Positions 1 through 8,640 of a stretch of DNA of 60,505 nt are shown piece by piece. The first letter of the stretch is position 1, and each line of letters begins with the position of its first letter. Position numbers and translations under genes: made by a program. The notes beneath the pieces are model-generated. The model made no database searches, had not been told where the DNA came from, and saw only the letters and a list, made by a program, of their open reading frames with translations. The stretch is from positions 1 to 60,505 of IMG/VR virus record IMGVR_UViG_3300011336_000076; one strand, given 5' to 3'. The stretch comes from a virus (Duplodnaviria; Caudoviricetes).

Positions 1-40
1 CCCTCCCCCCCAACCCCTCCTAAACTTTTGAAAGTAAATC

Positions 41-940
41 ATGAAAACTACGCTAGAAAACTTTATGGGTAAAGTTAGATTTGACCTTTTCCAACGCAAC
101 GTGGAGACAGCACGTGCAAACAACCATGAGCACTGGATTGGTGACATACCCGTGCGCAAAGAAATGGTGGCATTCTTTAAAGCATTCAAAGACAAACGCT
201 ACAACATTGTGCCGTGCGTTGATAAATCATCTATTGTTTTTTGGAAGCGTGATGCAGAAGGTGAGCCAATAGGCATACCCGTGTACGACACATTGGGTAT
301 CACGTTCCCTGATGCGACTGACTTTAGGTCAGGCAGTATTATTGTTGCGCACGATGGCACTGATATGCAGTATTGCGTGGAGTCCGACAAGATCGAGAAC
401 GACAAGTATGCTTACCACAGTGACGGCTATCGCATCCGTCAGTCCAAGGACATCAAGAAGGCATTGAAGATTGCGATGACTTACCTCAAGCCGCTTGGGT
501 ATCAGGACATCCAAGACAAGTGCACGAATCAGTTACATTCAGGCATCAACCAATTGCGTGACCCCGCACGTGAGCGGTTACATGAACGCCTGAGCATTCA
601 ACGTAATGACATAGCACAAGAAGTTGCTCACATGATTGCGTCCGGATATCAGCCAAGCACAAAATCTTTTAAAGATGCTCTTGACTTGCTAGTCAAAGAA
701 GGTGCAGAATTGAAGCGTATGCAGGACTACAAGCCTCGTGCATGCTTTGTGTGGGTCAAGCCTAACAGTTTGTCTTACAAATTCACCGATGAAATGCAAG
801 TGACAGAGTGCACTAGCATGGATGACGTGCCTGAGTTTGTTCGTAATAAGTTAGCCGTGTTGCAGATCGCAAAGAACGGTGATGCTATTACGGATGTTGG
901 CATTCGTGTGTCAGACATTACTTATTGGGTGTTTGCATGA
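41..940 (+). CDS. hypothetical early phage protein
   Basis: 299-aa ORF; its upstream sequence AACTTTTGAAAGTAAATCATG nearly matches that of the AAA ATPase gene at 58146-58166. Confidence 0.85.
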   Translation: MKTTLENFMGKVRFDLFQRNVETARANNHEHWIGDIPVRKEMVAFFKAFKDKRYNIVPCVDKSSIVFWKRDAEGEPIGIPVYDTLGITFPDATDFRSGSIIVAHDGTDMQYCVESDKIENDKYAYHSDGYRIRQSKDIKKALKIAMTYLKPLGYQDIQDKCTNQLHSGINQLRDPARERLHERLSIQRNDIAQEVAHMIASGYQPSTKSFKDALDLLVKEGAELKRMQDYKPRACFVWVKPNSLSYKFTDEMQVTECTSMDDVPEFVRNKLAVLQIAKNGDAITDVGIRVSDITYWVFA

Positions 941-1314
941 AAGACATTGACGTAGTTCAGGAGATGCACAAAGCCCGTATAGAACAGGCACTGATAGAGT
1001 TAAATATCAAGTTTGGTGCACAAGCCAACTTACGTGAATGGACATGGATGATGCAAAAGGGAGAAGTATCTACAAAAGATGTTATCCGTGTAGAGGTGAA
1101 TGATGACGGCACAGTTAATCTGTACGACTTCACACTGCCGAGCAAGGGAGGAATAAAACGTATTGGAATGGCACAAGAAGATGTTGAGCCGTGGATCATG
1201 GAGACAATATCCATGCTACGTATCACTGATGAGAACGATTTAGTACCCGAGTTGGGATTCAAAGTATCGGACACGTTGTACTACATATTAAACAGAGAAG
1301 GAGAGATGAGATGA
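937..1314 (+). CDS. hypothetical protein
   Basis: ATGA overlap with the upstream stop; C-terminus (ELGFKVSDTLYYI) resembles that of the upstream protein (DVGIRVSDITYWV). Confidence 0.75.
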   Translation: MKDIDVVQEMHKARIEQALIELNIKFGAQANLREWTWMMQKGEVSTKDVIRVEVNDDGTVNLYDFTLPSKGGIKRIGMAQEDVEPWIMETISMLRITDENDLVPELGFKVSDTLYYILNREGEMR

Positions 1315-1487
1315 CACCCGAAGAAATTAAGAAACACTTTGGCGAGGACGCATTGAACATGCTGTACGACTGCCTATTACAAAACCCCGTACATGAGTTA
1401 GCCGATTGGATTCTTTCATACCATGATGAACAGCAGATTGGTGATTGGATCTTTGGATTAAAAGCAGATCAGGAGGAGACAGAATGA
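1311..1487 (+). CDS. small hypothetical protein (58 aa, MTPEEIKKHFG...)
   Basis: Read by hand, below the track cutoff; AAGGAGAG RBS and ATGA overlaps at both ends. Confidence 0.65.
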   Translation: MTPEEIKKHFGEDALNMLYDCLLQNPVHELADWILSYHDEQQIGDWIFGLKADQEETE

Positions 1488-1690
1488 AAGACGTATACAG
1501 AACAAGCACAGGGATTGAGATTGGTTGCATGTACAAAAAACCTATGCACCAACTGAACTCTGATGAGGAAGAAATTCAGAGAGCGTTGTTAGGGATGCGC
1601 GGGCCAGATCAAGTGTCGATAGCACTGTACATAATGTTTTTAGTTGTGTTGTTCACAACGCTGGCGCTAACCCTTGGGAGTGGGCAATGA
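1484..1690 (+). CDS. small membrane protein
   Basis: AGGAGG RBS; C-terminal hydrophobic helix IALYIMFLVVLFTTLALTL. Confidence 0.7.
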   Translation: MKDVYRTSTGIEIGCMYKKPMHQLNSDEEEIQRALLGMRGPDQVSIALYIMFLVVLFTTLALTLGSGQ

Positions 1691-1893
1691 ATGATCATGA
1701 GAGCAACCTATACGATTTGTATGCAGGGTTTGCGATGATGGCGATGTTGAACAAAGCACCCAAGTCAACCAAGCCCGAAGAGATTGCAAGTGTTGCACAC
1801 GAGCAAGCCAGTGCCATGCTCAAAGAGCGTAGCAACTTACGTAAAGAGAAAGAGGGCGGCATTGCCGACATCATTAACAGGTGGGAGGGTTGA
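1687..1893 (+). CDS. hypothetical protein (LRDYFA/AMQA-like small phage family)
   Basis: LYDLYAGFAMMAML...AHEQASAMLKER resembles 4428-4640. Confidence 0.7.
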   Translation: MNDHESNLYDLYAGFAMMAMLNKAPKSTKPEEIASVAHEQASAMLKERSNLRKEKEGGIADIINRWEG

Positions 1894-1896
1894 AGG

Positions 1897-2172
1897 ATGA
1901 CACGCGACGAAATTTTTAAACTGATTGAAGACAACGGGCTTACTTTGCATGGTGACATCGAACACTTTGCCGCTCTTGTAGCTGACCATGTTTACGCTGA
2001 ATACTTGGAGCAACCGACCCCACAACTGACAGGTGTGATTTCAATAACCATACCTGAACCCGTTGGATACCTTTGTGAGAACGCAGTAGGGCACAAGTAT
2101 TTTAGGTGGAAGAAACCGCCTAGTACTTATAAGCCGATTGCTTTGTACACCACACCACATAAGGAAAAATAA
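1897..2172 (+). CDS. hypothetical protein
   Basis: MTRDEI...HFAALVA start similar to 7658-7870. Confidence 0.7.
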   Translation: MTRDEIFKLIEDNGLTLHGDIEHFAALVADHVYAEYLEQPTPQLTGVISITIPEPVGYLCENAVGHKYFRWKKPPSTYKPIALYTTPHKEK

Positions 2173-2372
2173 TGCCAAGACCTAAACCGCCAATGCCACT
2201 GATAGGCCGCCAAGTACGTATGTCAGATTTAGAGTGGCTGATATTCCAAGACATGGGAGGTGCTGATTGGTTACGCAAACACTTGAAGGCCAAGGCAAGG
2301 CTACCCTTAAAACATTACGAAGCACAACTGAAAGGAGAAGAGAATGACACCGGAAAAGAAAGTCAAAACTAA
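2172..2372 (+). CDS. small putative DNA-binding protein (ribbon-helix-helix-like)
   Basis: MPRPK...QVRMSDLEWLIFQDMGGADWLRK pattern; AAGGA RBS. Confidence 0.55.
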   Translation: MPRPKPPMPLIGRQVRMSDLEWLIFQDMGGADWLRKHLKAKARLPLKHYEAQLKGEENDTGKESQN

Positions 2373-2643
2373 AGTGGTCGCCGTACTCAAAAGTTTTGGG
2401 GCGTATTACTTCTACCCCGTTACCGGAGGTTACGGTGCATCGGGCGTACCCGACATAGTTGGGTGTTACAAGGGCAAGTTCTTTGCTATCGAGTGCAAAG
2501 CGGGAAAGGGGAAGACAACTGCACTACAAGAAAAGAACATAGCGCAAATCATTGCGCAGGGTGGCGCGGCTATTGTTGTCAATGAGGACAACATACCGGA
2601 TGTTGATAAATTGATGATTGAAATAGATATAGGAGAAAGATGA
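2344..2643 (+). CDS. VRR-NUC domain nuclease
   Basis: E..V, GVPD, FAIECK, TALQ motifs of the PD-(D/E)XK VRR-NUC family. Confidence 0.9.
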   Translation: MTPEKKVKTKVVAVLKSFGAYYFYPVTGGYGASGVPDIVGCYKGKFFAIECKAGKGKTTALQEKNIAQIIAQGGAAIVVNEDNIPDVDKLMIEIDIGER

Positions 2644-3230
2644 TGAACACGTTAATGGAAGAGAAGATCAAGCAAGCATTTCAAGAGTGGAAACAAACCG
2701 AAGTAAAGGAACAGATCATGGAAACAAACAGCAGAAACCAACAACTCTCAAACACGTTGTTGGATATGATTTCAAAGAACCCCGGGATAACTGGTAAAGC
2801 GTTACGGGCATACGTTGCCAAGGAAATGCCAACCGTACCTATCTCATACGTACCTGCAATCCTCAAAGGTTTTTATGACAAGAACTTTGTGAATCGCATT
2901 GAGGTAGCCCCTGACGGTGCCATGGGCAGGACAACATTTTCCTACACGGCAGTTCCAGTAGCCGTTCGTGCGAACATGCCCAAGCGTGAGAAGGTCAAGG
3001 CATATACAAAGAAGAAGGTTAAGGTAGCCAAGGTGGTCAAGCAAGAGAAAGGTATTGACACGTTGATACCCGCAGAACGTACAGAGCGCGTGGTCACGTC
3101 CCCACTGGCTGTTGGTGCAACAACTTTGCACATCACTATCTCTACATCCCTCGGCGCTTACTCTATGCAGTTAGAAGAGGCCAAGTTTATTTACACACAA
3201 CTGAACCAAATCTTTGGAGGTGCACGATGA
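2640..3230 (+). CDS. hypothetical protein, possible winged-helix
   Basis: LLDMISKNPGITGKAL segment is wHTH-like; Lys-rich middle region. Confidence 0.65.
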   Translation: MMNTLMEEKIKQAFQEWKQTEVKEQIMETNSRNQQLSNTLLDMISKNPGITGKALRAYVAKEMPTVPISYVPAILKGFYDKNFVNRIEVAPDGAMGRTTFSYTAVPVAVRANMPKREKVKAYTKKKVKVAKVVKQEKGIDTLIPAERTERVVTSPLAVGATTLHITISTSLGAYSMQLEEAKFIYTQLNQIFGGAR

Positions 3231-3646
3231 TAGACAAGATTAAAAGTTTGTGGGGTTCATCAACGTTGGATCGGGATGAGTATGAGAAAGCAATGGCGAA
3301 TATGAGAGCACAAGAGGTGAGACTCCAAATGGATGCCGCAATGATGAACTCTGCGCAGGGTATGCAGAATGCCGCACAACAAAGTGCCCTACATAACCCA
3401 TACATTGTTAAAGATTCAAGGTACAAAAGTGCCGAGGAAACACTGGTTAATACTCTTGCGGATACCCATCGTGCGATGACGCAAATGGCTGAACGTTTGG
3501 CGAAGCAAGAGAGACGTATTGATATGTTGTCAGGCTTCTACACATGGATTACTGAGGTACATCCCGAGATTGCCGCACAACATAAAGCCATGCGTGATCT
3601 GTATGAAGCGGCTAACGCACCACAACCAAAGGAGAGGGAAGCATGA
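3227..3646 (+). CDS. hypothetical protein (paralog 1 of a tandem trio)
   Basis: C-terminal WITEVHPEIAAQHKAMRD. Confidence 0.75.
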   Translation: MIDKIKSLWGSSTLDRDEYEKAMANMRAQEVRLQMDAAMMNSAQGMQNAAQQSALHNPYIVKDSRYKSAEETLVNTLADTHRAMTQMAERLAKQERRIDMLSGFYTWITEVHPEIAAQHKAMRDLYEAANAPQPKEREA

Positions 3647-3891
3647 GTTTTGGAAAAGCGATACCCAAAGCAGAGGGTGATAGCGTCACAGATTCCTACA
3701 AATACAAAGCGGCAAGTAGATATGTCCCACCCCCATTAGAAATCCTAGAAGGCAACAGGAACGTTAACGTAGGAGCATTACTACTACAACTTGAATACAT
3801 CTTGCAACGTACAGTGCCGGACTACGACGAGCTGGTAAAACAATTTAACGCAATCAAAGATATTGAGAGGAGTAACAATGACATACGGTAA
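3643..3891 (+). CDS. hypothetical protein (paralog 2)
   Basis: C-terminal QFNAIKDIERS; AAGGAG RBS. Confidence 0.75.
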   Translation: MSFGKAIPKAEGDSVTDSYKYKAASRYVPPPLEILEGNRNVNVGALLLQLEYILQRTVPDYDELVKQFNAIKDIERSNNDIR

Positions 3892-4125
3892 ACAAGTAGC
3901 GGCAATGCCACCTAATTCATACCAAACTCAAGACAAGATAAGGTCGGTGGCGGTTGACTTGGCTTCAACACTGTCTTCTTACGAGATGGCACTGCGTGAT
4001 CATGCAGTGGCGATTGATGAGATCAGAGACAAGCAAGAGAAACTTGAGGCGTTCATTGATTGGGTAGAAGGCACGTACCCTGAAATCATGGGGCAGTATA
4101 AAGCAATCAAAGATATTGAGAGGAG
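3850..4125 (+). repeat. 23-bp direct repeat GCAATCAAAGATATTGAGAGGAG at 3850-3872 and 4103-4125
   Basis: Two identical copies, each including the RBS of the next gene. Confidence 0.9.
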
Positions 4126-4144
4126 CGCAAATGAGCAAGGTTAA
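3878..4144 (+). CDS. hypothetical protein (paralog 3)
   Basis: C-terminal WVEGTYPEIMGQYKAIKDIERS; GAGGAG RBS before ATG 3878. Confidence 0.75.
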   Translation: MTYGKQVAAMPPNSYQTQDKIRSVAVDLASTLSSYEMALRDHAVAIDEIRDKQEKLEAFIDWVEGTYPEIMGQYKAIKDIERSANEQG

Positions 4145-4421
4145 AGGTTTATCGGAACTATTAAGAGAACGTATGAACGAGCAACTAACTGATCACACGC
4201 CCCGTATGTTTGGGGAAGTGTTTGATGACGGTCAATTCCGTGGGCACTACAAGATAGATGACGTGCCAAGACATGCCATGGTGATAGGTGACTATCTGTT
4301 GTGGCCACTGGATGGCGGTGAAGAGATCGGCATGGGGTTTCGTCCCACAGGCGAGATGGGTATCTTTAAGACGGCTGACTTTGAGCCGTACTTGAAGGCG
4401 TTTTTTGGTTTGAACTTTTAA
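4131..4421 (+). CDS. hypothetical protein
   Basis: GAGGAG RBS before ATG 4131. Confidence 0.7.
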   Translation: MSKVKGLSELLRERMNEQLTDHTPRMFGEVFDDGQFRGHYKIDDVPRHAMVIGDYLLWPLDGGEEIGMGFRPTGEMGIFKTADFEPYLKAFFGLNF

Positions 4422-4427
4422 GGAGAG

Positions 4428-4640
4428 ATGATGAACATACCGGCATTTCCATTAGAGATGGTTTACACACAAGAGAATGAAAAGTTTAACGGCATGACAT
4501 TGCGTGATTACTTTGCGGCAAAGGCTATGCAAGCGCAACTGGCAAGAACCACATGGGGAACTGAAGACGCCGCCCGTGATATGGCAGACGAAGCCTACGG
4601 CTACGCAGACGCAATGCTCAAAGCCCGAGAACAAAAATGA
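4428..4640 (+). CDS. conserved small phage protein (MTLRDYFAAKAMQA family)
   Basis: PAFP...GMTLRDYFAAKAMQA...AYGYADAMLKAR signature. Confidence 0.85.
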   Translation: MMNIPAFPLEMVYTQENEKFNGMTLRDYFAAKAMQAQLARTTWGTEDAARDMADEAYGYADAMLKAREQK

Positions 4641-6457
4641 ACCTCATAGTTTTGGATTTCGAGACGTACTACACCACTAAGGACTTGGGGTTCAAAACCC
4701 AAACGACTGAAGAGTATGTACGTGATCCCCGATTCGAGGTGGTCGGGGTTGCTGTCAAGGTAAACAACGAGCCAACACAATGGTGCAGTGATTCCTTGGA
4801 TGAGATCGACCTTTGGTTACACCAATTCGATTGGGACAACAGCATGGTGGTTGCACACAATGCGATGTTTGACATGGCGATATTGAACTGGCACTTTGAT
4901 ATCAGACCAAAAGCTATTGCAGATACTTTGAGCATGGCACGTGCTATCAACGGCATCGAGGTAGGCAACAGTCTCAAGAAGTTGGCACTGCACTATGAAC
5001 TAGGCGTTAAGGGTGAGGAAGTGTTACAGGCCGTTAACCTGCGGAGGCGTGACTTCACAGAGCAACAGCTTGCAGAGTATGGGGCGTATTGTAGAAATGA
5101 CGTTGACCTGACCTACGACTTGTTCCTGACCCTGCTACCTATGTTTCAGAAGGTTGAGTTGAAGCTGATTGACCTGACGATTCGAATGTTCACAGAGCCA
5201 CAGCTCCGCCTAGATGAATCTCTCTTACAGCAACATCTTATAGAGGTGAAGGAACGTAAGAAGAGCCTGCTGGACAGTTGCGGTGCCAACATCGAAGACT
5301 TGATGAGCAATCAAAAGTTTGCCGAAGTCTTGCGTGGGTTAGGTGTCGAGCCGCCCATGAAGATCAGTCTGACTACGGGTAAGGAAGCGTTGGCCTTGGC
5401 TAAGTCTGATGAAGGGTTCAAGGCGTTGGCCGAGCACCCTGATGAGCGCGTACAGACACTTGTTGCGGCACGATTGGGTAACAAGACTACGTTGGAAGAG
5501 ACACGTACTGAGCGTCTCATTGGGATTGCGGGAAGGGGAGAGATACCTGTTCCCCTCTCCTACTACGCCGCCCACACGGGGCGTTGGGGAGGGTCGGACA
5601 AAATCAATTTCCAAAACTTTCCCTCACGTGGCGACAACGCAGGGAAGCTCAAGAAGGCCATCCTTGCACCCGAGGGTCACGTGATCATTGACTGCGATTC
5701 TGCGCAGATCGAGGCGCGGGTACTTGCATGGTTCGCACAACAAGATGATTTGGTGGAGGCATTTAGAAATGGCGAGGACGTATACAAGATCATGGCATCG
5801 GCTATCTACCGCAAGGAAAGAGAAGAGGTCACCCCGTCTGAAAGATTTGTTGGCAAAACCACCATTCTTGGGGCGGGTTATGGCATGGGCGGTGCGAAGT
5901 TCCAAGCGCAACTCAAGACTTTCGGTGTGTCGATCAGTACAGAGGAGTCTGCAAGGATTATCTCTACCTACCGTGGTACCTATCCTAGTATCCCCACCTT
6001 ATGGAAGTCTGGTTCCTCGGCGATTGATGCTATGAGCAAGGGGCGTACTGTTACGTGGGGTAATGGTTGTATCAGCATAGGTGCAGAGGGAATTCTCATG
6101 CCCAACGGGTTGTATCAAAGATACCCAAACTTGCGAAAAGTACGAGACAAAGATGGAAAAGACCAGTATATTTATGATTCACGCAAAGGCGCGGTGAAGC
6201 TATACGGCGGCAAGTTGGCAGAGAACATTTGTCAGGGCTTGGCACGTTGCATCATTGGCGAACAGCTAATCAAGATCAGCAGGAAGTATCGTGTGGTACT
6301 CACTGTTCATGATGCTGTAGCGTGTGTGGCACCAAAAGAAGAAGCCGAAGAGGCTATGGCGTATGTGATGGAGTGCATGCGATTTGTACCGTCATGGGCA
6401 CAAGGCATTCCATTGAACTGCGAGGCAGGGATAGGAGAGAGTTATGGAGACTGTTAA
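4637..6457 (+). CDS. polA: family A DNA polymerase with 3'-5' exonuclease
   Basis: ExoI DFET, AHNAMFD, YCRND; HTGRW; motif A DSAQIEAR; motif B RFVGKTTILGAGYG; motif C VHD. Confidence 0.95.
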   Translation: MNLIVLDFETYYTTKDLGFKTQTTEEYVRDPRFEVVGVAVKVNNEPTQWCSDSLDEIDLWLHQFDWDNSMVVAHNAMFDMAILNWHFDIRPKAIADTLSMARAINGIEVGNSLKKLALHYELGVKGEEVLQAVNLRRRDFTEQQLAEYGAYCRNDVDLTYDLFLTLLPMFQKVELKLIDLTIRMFTEPQLRLDESLLQQHLIEVKERKKSLLDSCGANIEDLMSNQKFAEVLRGLGVEPPMKISLTTGKEALALAKSDEGFKALAEHPDERVQTLVAARLGNKTTLEETRTERLIGIAGRGEIPVPLSYYAAHTGRWGGSDKINFQNFPSRGDNAGKLKKAILAPEGHVIIDCDSAQIEARVLAWFAQQDDLVEAFRNGEDVYKIMASAIYRKEREEVTPSERFVGKTTILGAGYGMGGAKFQAQLKTFGVSISTEESARIISTYRGTYPSIPTLWKSGSSAIDAMSKGRTVTWGNGCISIGAEGILMPNGLYQRYPNLRKVRDKDGKDQYIYDSRKGAVKLYGGKLAENICQGLARCIIGEQLIKISRKYRVVLTVHDAVACVAPKEEAEEAMAYVMECMRFVPSWAQGIPLNCEAGIGESYGDC

Positions 6458-7232
6458 TAAAAGGATTGGTAGGGTATTCAAAGGGCATAGCATACCCTAC
6501 GGTACTCTTGTGGGTGCTAGTAAAGAACTGCGTGAGACGTATTACTACCACGGGTACAAAGAAGATTCGATGTTGCCCGAGTTGCCACACTTACCGCATG
6601 AAGATCGGGAGTGCCATAGTCCCGAAGAAGAGTTGTTCAAGAAAGAATTGGTTGAGCGTGTAGAAGAGGTGCTGAACACGTTGACCCCAAGAGCCAAGAA
6701 GGTAATGTGTTTACGGTATGGGATTGGCCTAACGCACGACTACACACTAGAAGAAATTGGCACTAGGTTTGATGTAACACGTGAGCGGATCAGGCAGATT
6801 GAAATGAAAGCGGTACGTGATTTAAAACATCCGGCGCGGGCAATCAAATTTAGAGAAATGCTTGGGCAACATTTAGCCTCAGACAAGAGAGCGGGTAAAG
6901 AATTACAAGCGCAAGCGGCACAAGTGCAGTGGGCGAAAGAACGTAACGCCGCACAACAAAGAGAAGAGGCACGTGCACAATTTAAAGTTACTGCAAGGCA
7001 AAGAGAAAAACAACGTGAGCAAGAGCTTGAGGAGATGTATAAAGAAGACCTCAGATTACGTGAGAAGTGGGAAGATATAAAACCAATGGTGTCCGACACC
7101 GCTTGGGTAGAACATTTGAAGGTAGAGAACCCTGAGATGTACCAAGAGTTGCGAAACGTAGTGACATACATTTGGGGTTACAACGCAGATAAAGTTTGGG
7201 AAATGTACGCAGAAAAGGAGAAGAGAAAATGA
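6444..7232 (+). CDS. sigma-70 region 4 domain protein
   Basis: LTPRAKKVMCLRYGI...YTLEEIGTRFDVTRERIRQIEMKAVRDLKHP closely follows RpoD region 4. Confidence 0.85.
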   Translation: METVNKRIGRVFKGHSIPYGTLVGASKELRETYYYHGYKEDSMLPELPHLPHEDRECHSPEEELFKKELVERVEEVLNTLTPRAKKVMCLRYGIGLTHDYTLEEIGTRFDVTRERIRQIEMKAVRDLKHPARAIKFREMLGQHLASDKRAGKELQAQAAQVQWAKERNAAQQREEARAQFKVTARQREKQREQELEEMYKEDLRLREKWEDIKPMVSDTAWVEHLKVENPEMYQELRNVVTYIWGYNADKVWEMYAEKEKRK

Positions 7233-7426
7233 CGAGTAGATCACATACACCATTAGATATTCAGAAGATACAAAGCGGTTGGCGTAAAAGGCAAGTCAAC
7301 GAAGTGGCTGAAAAAATACGCAATGACGCCATAGAAGAAATAGCCCGTGAGTTTGAAAAGATGAAAGTTTTTGAAGCAGACACCATGGCAAGCATTGCCG
7401 TGAACATAAGGAGCATGAAGCGATGA
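7229..7426 (+). CDS. hypothetical protein
   Basis: AAGGAG RBS and ATGA overlap. Confidence 0.65.
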   Translation: MTSRSHTPLDIQKIQSGWRKRQVNEVAEKIRNDAIEEIAREFEKMKVFEADTMASIAVNIRSMKR

Positions 7427-7665
7427 TTAAATATGACCACTATGATGAAGCCATCATTGGCCCTGCGCTTATATGGCGCGACCAACAACAAGTTAGTGTG
7501 TTAGTGTATGACGCTGAAAAGATCAGGGAGATTCTCATGCGTGACGGCATGGATGCCGAGGAAGCCCGTGAGTTTATTGAGTTCAATATTGAAGGCGGTT
7601 ACTTGGGTATTGATACCCCTGTATTGGTTTGGCCTCAAGATGAATGGGATGGTGAGTATGACTAG
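7423..7665 (+). CDS. conserved hypothetical phage protein
   Basis: DEAIIG...VYD...EEAREFIEFNIEGGYLG..TPV pattern seen in aquatic phages. Confidence 0.75.
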   Translation: MIKYDHYDEAIIGPALIWRDQQQVSVLVYDAEKIREILMRDGMDAEEAREFIEFNIEGGYLGIDTPVLVWPQDEWDGEYD

Positions 7666-7870
7666 AGAAGAAATTACCCGCTTGGCGCAAGAAGCTGGAT
7701 TTGTTGGTATGGATGGTGAACATGGAGGACTTAGACGCTTTGCCGCCCTTGTCGCTTCTGCCGAGCGTGAGGAATGCAAAAAACTTTGCACATGGAAAAC
7801 AGGCAATCAATTTGTTGACGAGGCGGTTGCTGTTTGCTATCGGGCAATAGACCAAAGGGGGCAAGAATGA
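7658..7870 (+). CDS. hypothetical protein (AEREEC family)
   Basis: MTREEITRLAQEAG...RFAALVASAEREEC. Confidence 0.7.
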   Translation: MTREEITRLAQEAGFVGMDGEHGGLRRFAALVASAEREECKKLCTWKTGNQFVDEAVAVCYRAIDQRGQE

Positions 7871-8097
7871 AATACAACGCAGAGCAAGTGGCCTTTATGT
7901 TGCATGAGGCCATAGACCAAAACCGCGAGTACCAGTCATGGCACTGTAGCACTCAGCACTTGATGACCCTTGTTGAGAGGGTCGTTGCCGAGGAGCGTGA
8001 GGCGTGTGCCAATACGGCTAGTCTTGCATTGCTTGGCGCAGATAAAGCACTAAGTGATCGGGTTTTGAAAGCCATCCGAGCAAGGGGACAAGCATGA
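7867..8097 (+). CDS. hypothetical protein (EREACA family)
   Basis: VAEEREACA...AIRARGQA. Confidence 0.7.
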   Translation: MKYNAEQVAFMLHEAIDQNREYQSWHCSTQHLMTLVERVVAEEREACANTASLALLGADKALSDRVLKAIRARGQA

Positions 8098-8219
8098 CTA
8101 AGATGCAAAACGAACAACTAGCCTACATCCTTGAGTATTTGTACAAAGAAGGGTTTGATAAAAAACTTGTCAAAAAAGCCGTTGACATTTGGTGGGACAT
8201 TAAGGCAGGAAAAGTATGA
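8094..8219 (+). CDS. small hypothetical protein (41 aa, MTKMQNEQLAY...)
   Basis: Read by hand; ATGA overlaps at both ends. Confidence 0.55.
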   Translation: MTKMQNEQLAYILEYLYKEGFDKKLVKKAVDIWWDIKAGKV

Positions 8220-8437
8220 GCAACTTACTACGATTACCCCCAAGCACAAACATGACAGCAGAGCAAGCCCTTGCTTCTGCGCTAGTGGATGCCGAGGAAG
8301 GTGATTTGACTGATGTCATCATCATTGGTTACAGAGATGGCGATTTGTACGTGCGGTCATCAAGACTGACTTGTGCAGAAGGTTTGTTCTTAGCCAACAA
8401 AGCGATGCGTTGGGCGGAAGCAGGGGGACAAGCATGA
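8216..8437 (+). CDS. hypothetical protein
   Basis: Coupled ORF; DVIIIGY.DG.LYVRSS. Confidence 0.7.
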   Translation: MSNLLRLPPSTNMTAEQALASALVDAEEGDLTDVIIIGYRDGDLYVRSSRLTCAEGLFLANKAMRWAEAGGQA

Positions 8438-8640
8438 TTGACTGCCCAAACTGTGAACACCACAAAAAACGAGCACAACTTTGGCGTGACGAAGCCTACA
8501 AACAAGCAGGGCATCCGTTGCCTGAACGTGAGTGGGTTGGGCTGACGGATGAGGAGATGGATGAAATATGGGATAACCGTGGTTGGTATGTACCTATGTT
8601 TAAAGCAATAGAAGCCAAACTCAAGGAAAAAAACGGATGA
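8434..8640 (+). CDS. hypothetical protein (WVGLTDEE family, N-terminal CxxC)
   Basis: CPNC...REWVGLTDEE...AIEAKLKEKN. Confidence 0.75.
   Translation: MIDCPNCEHHKKRAQLWRDEAYKQAGHPLPEREWVGLTDEEMDEIWDNRGWYVPMFKAIEAKLKEKNG

Noticed and set aside
1687-1893. EGGIADI in an early protein as a member of the GG-tag family
   Set aside because: Single occurrence in a non-structural gene without the preceding hydrophobic residue; may be chance
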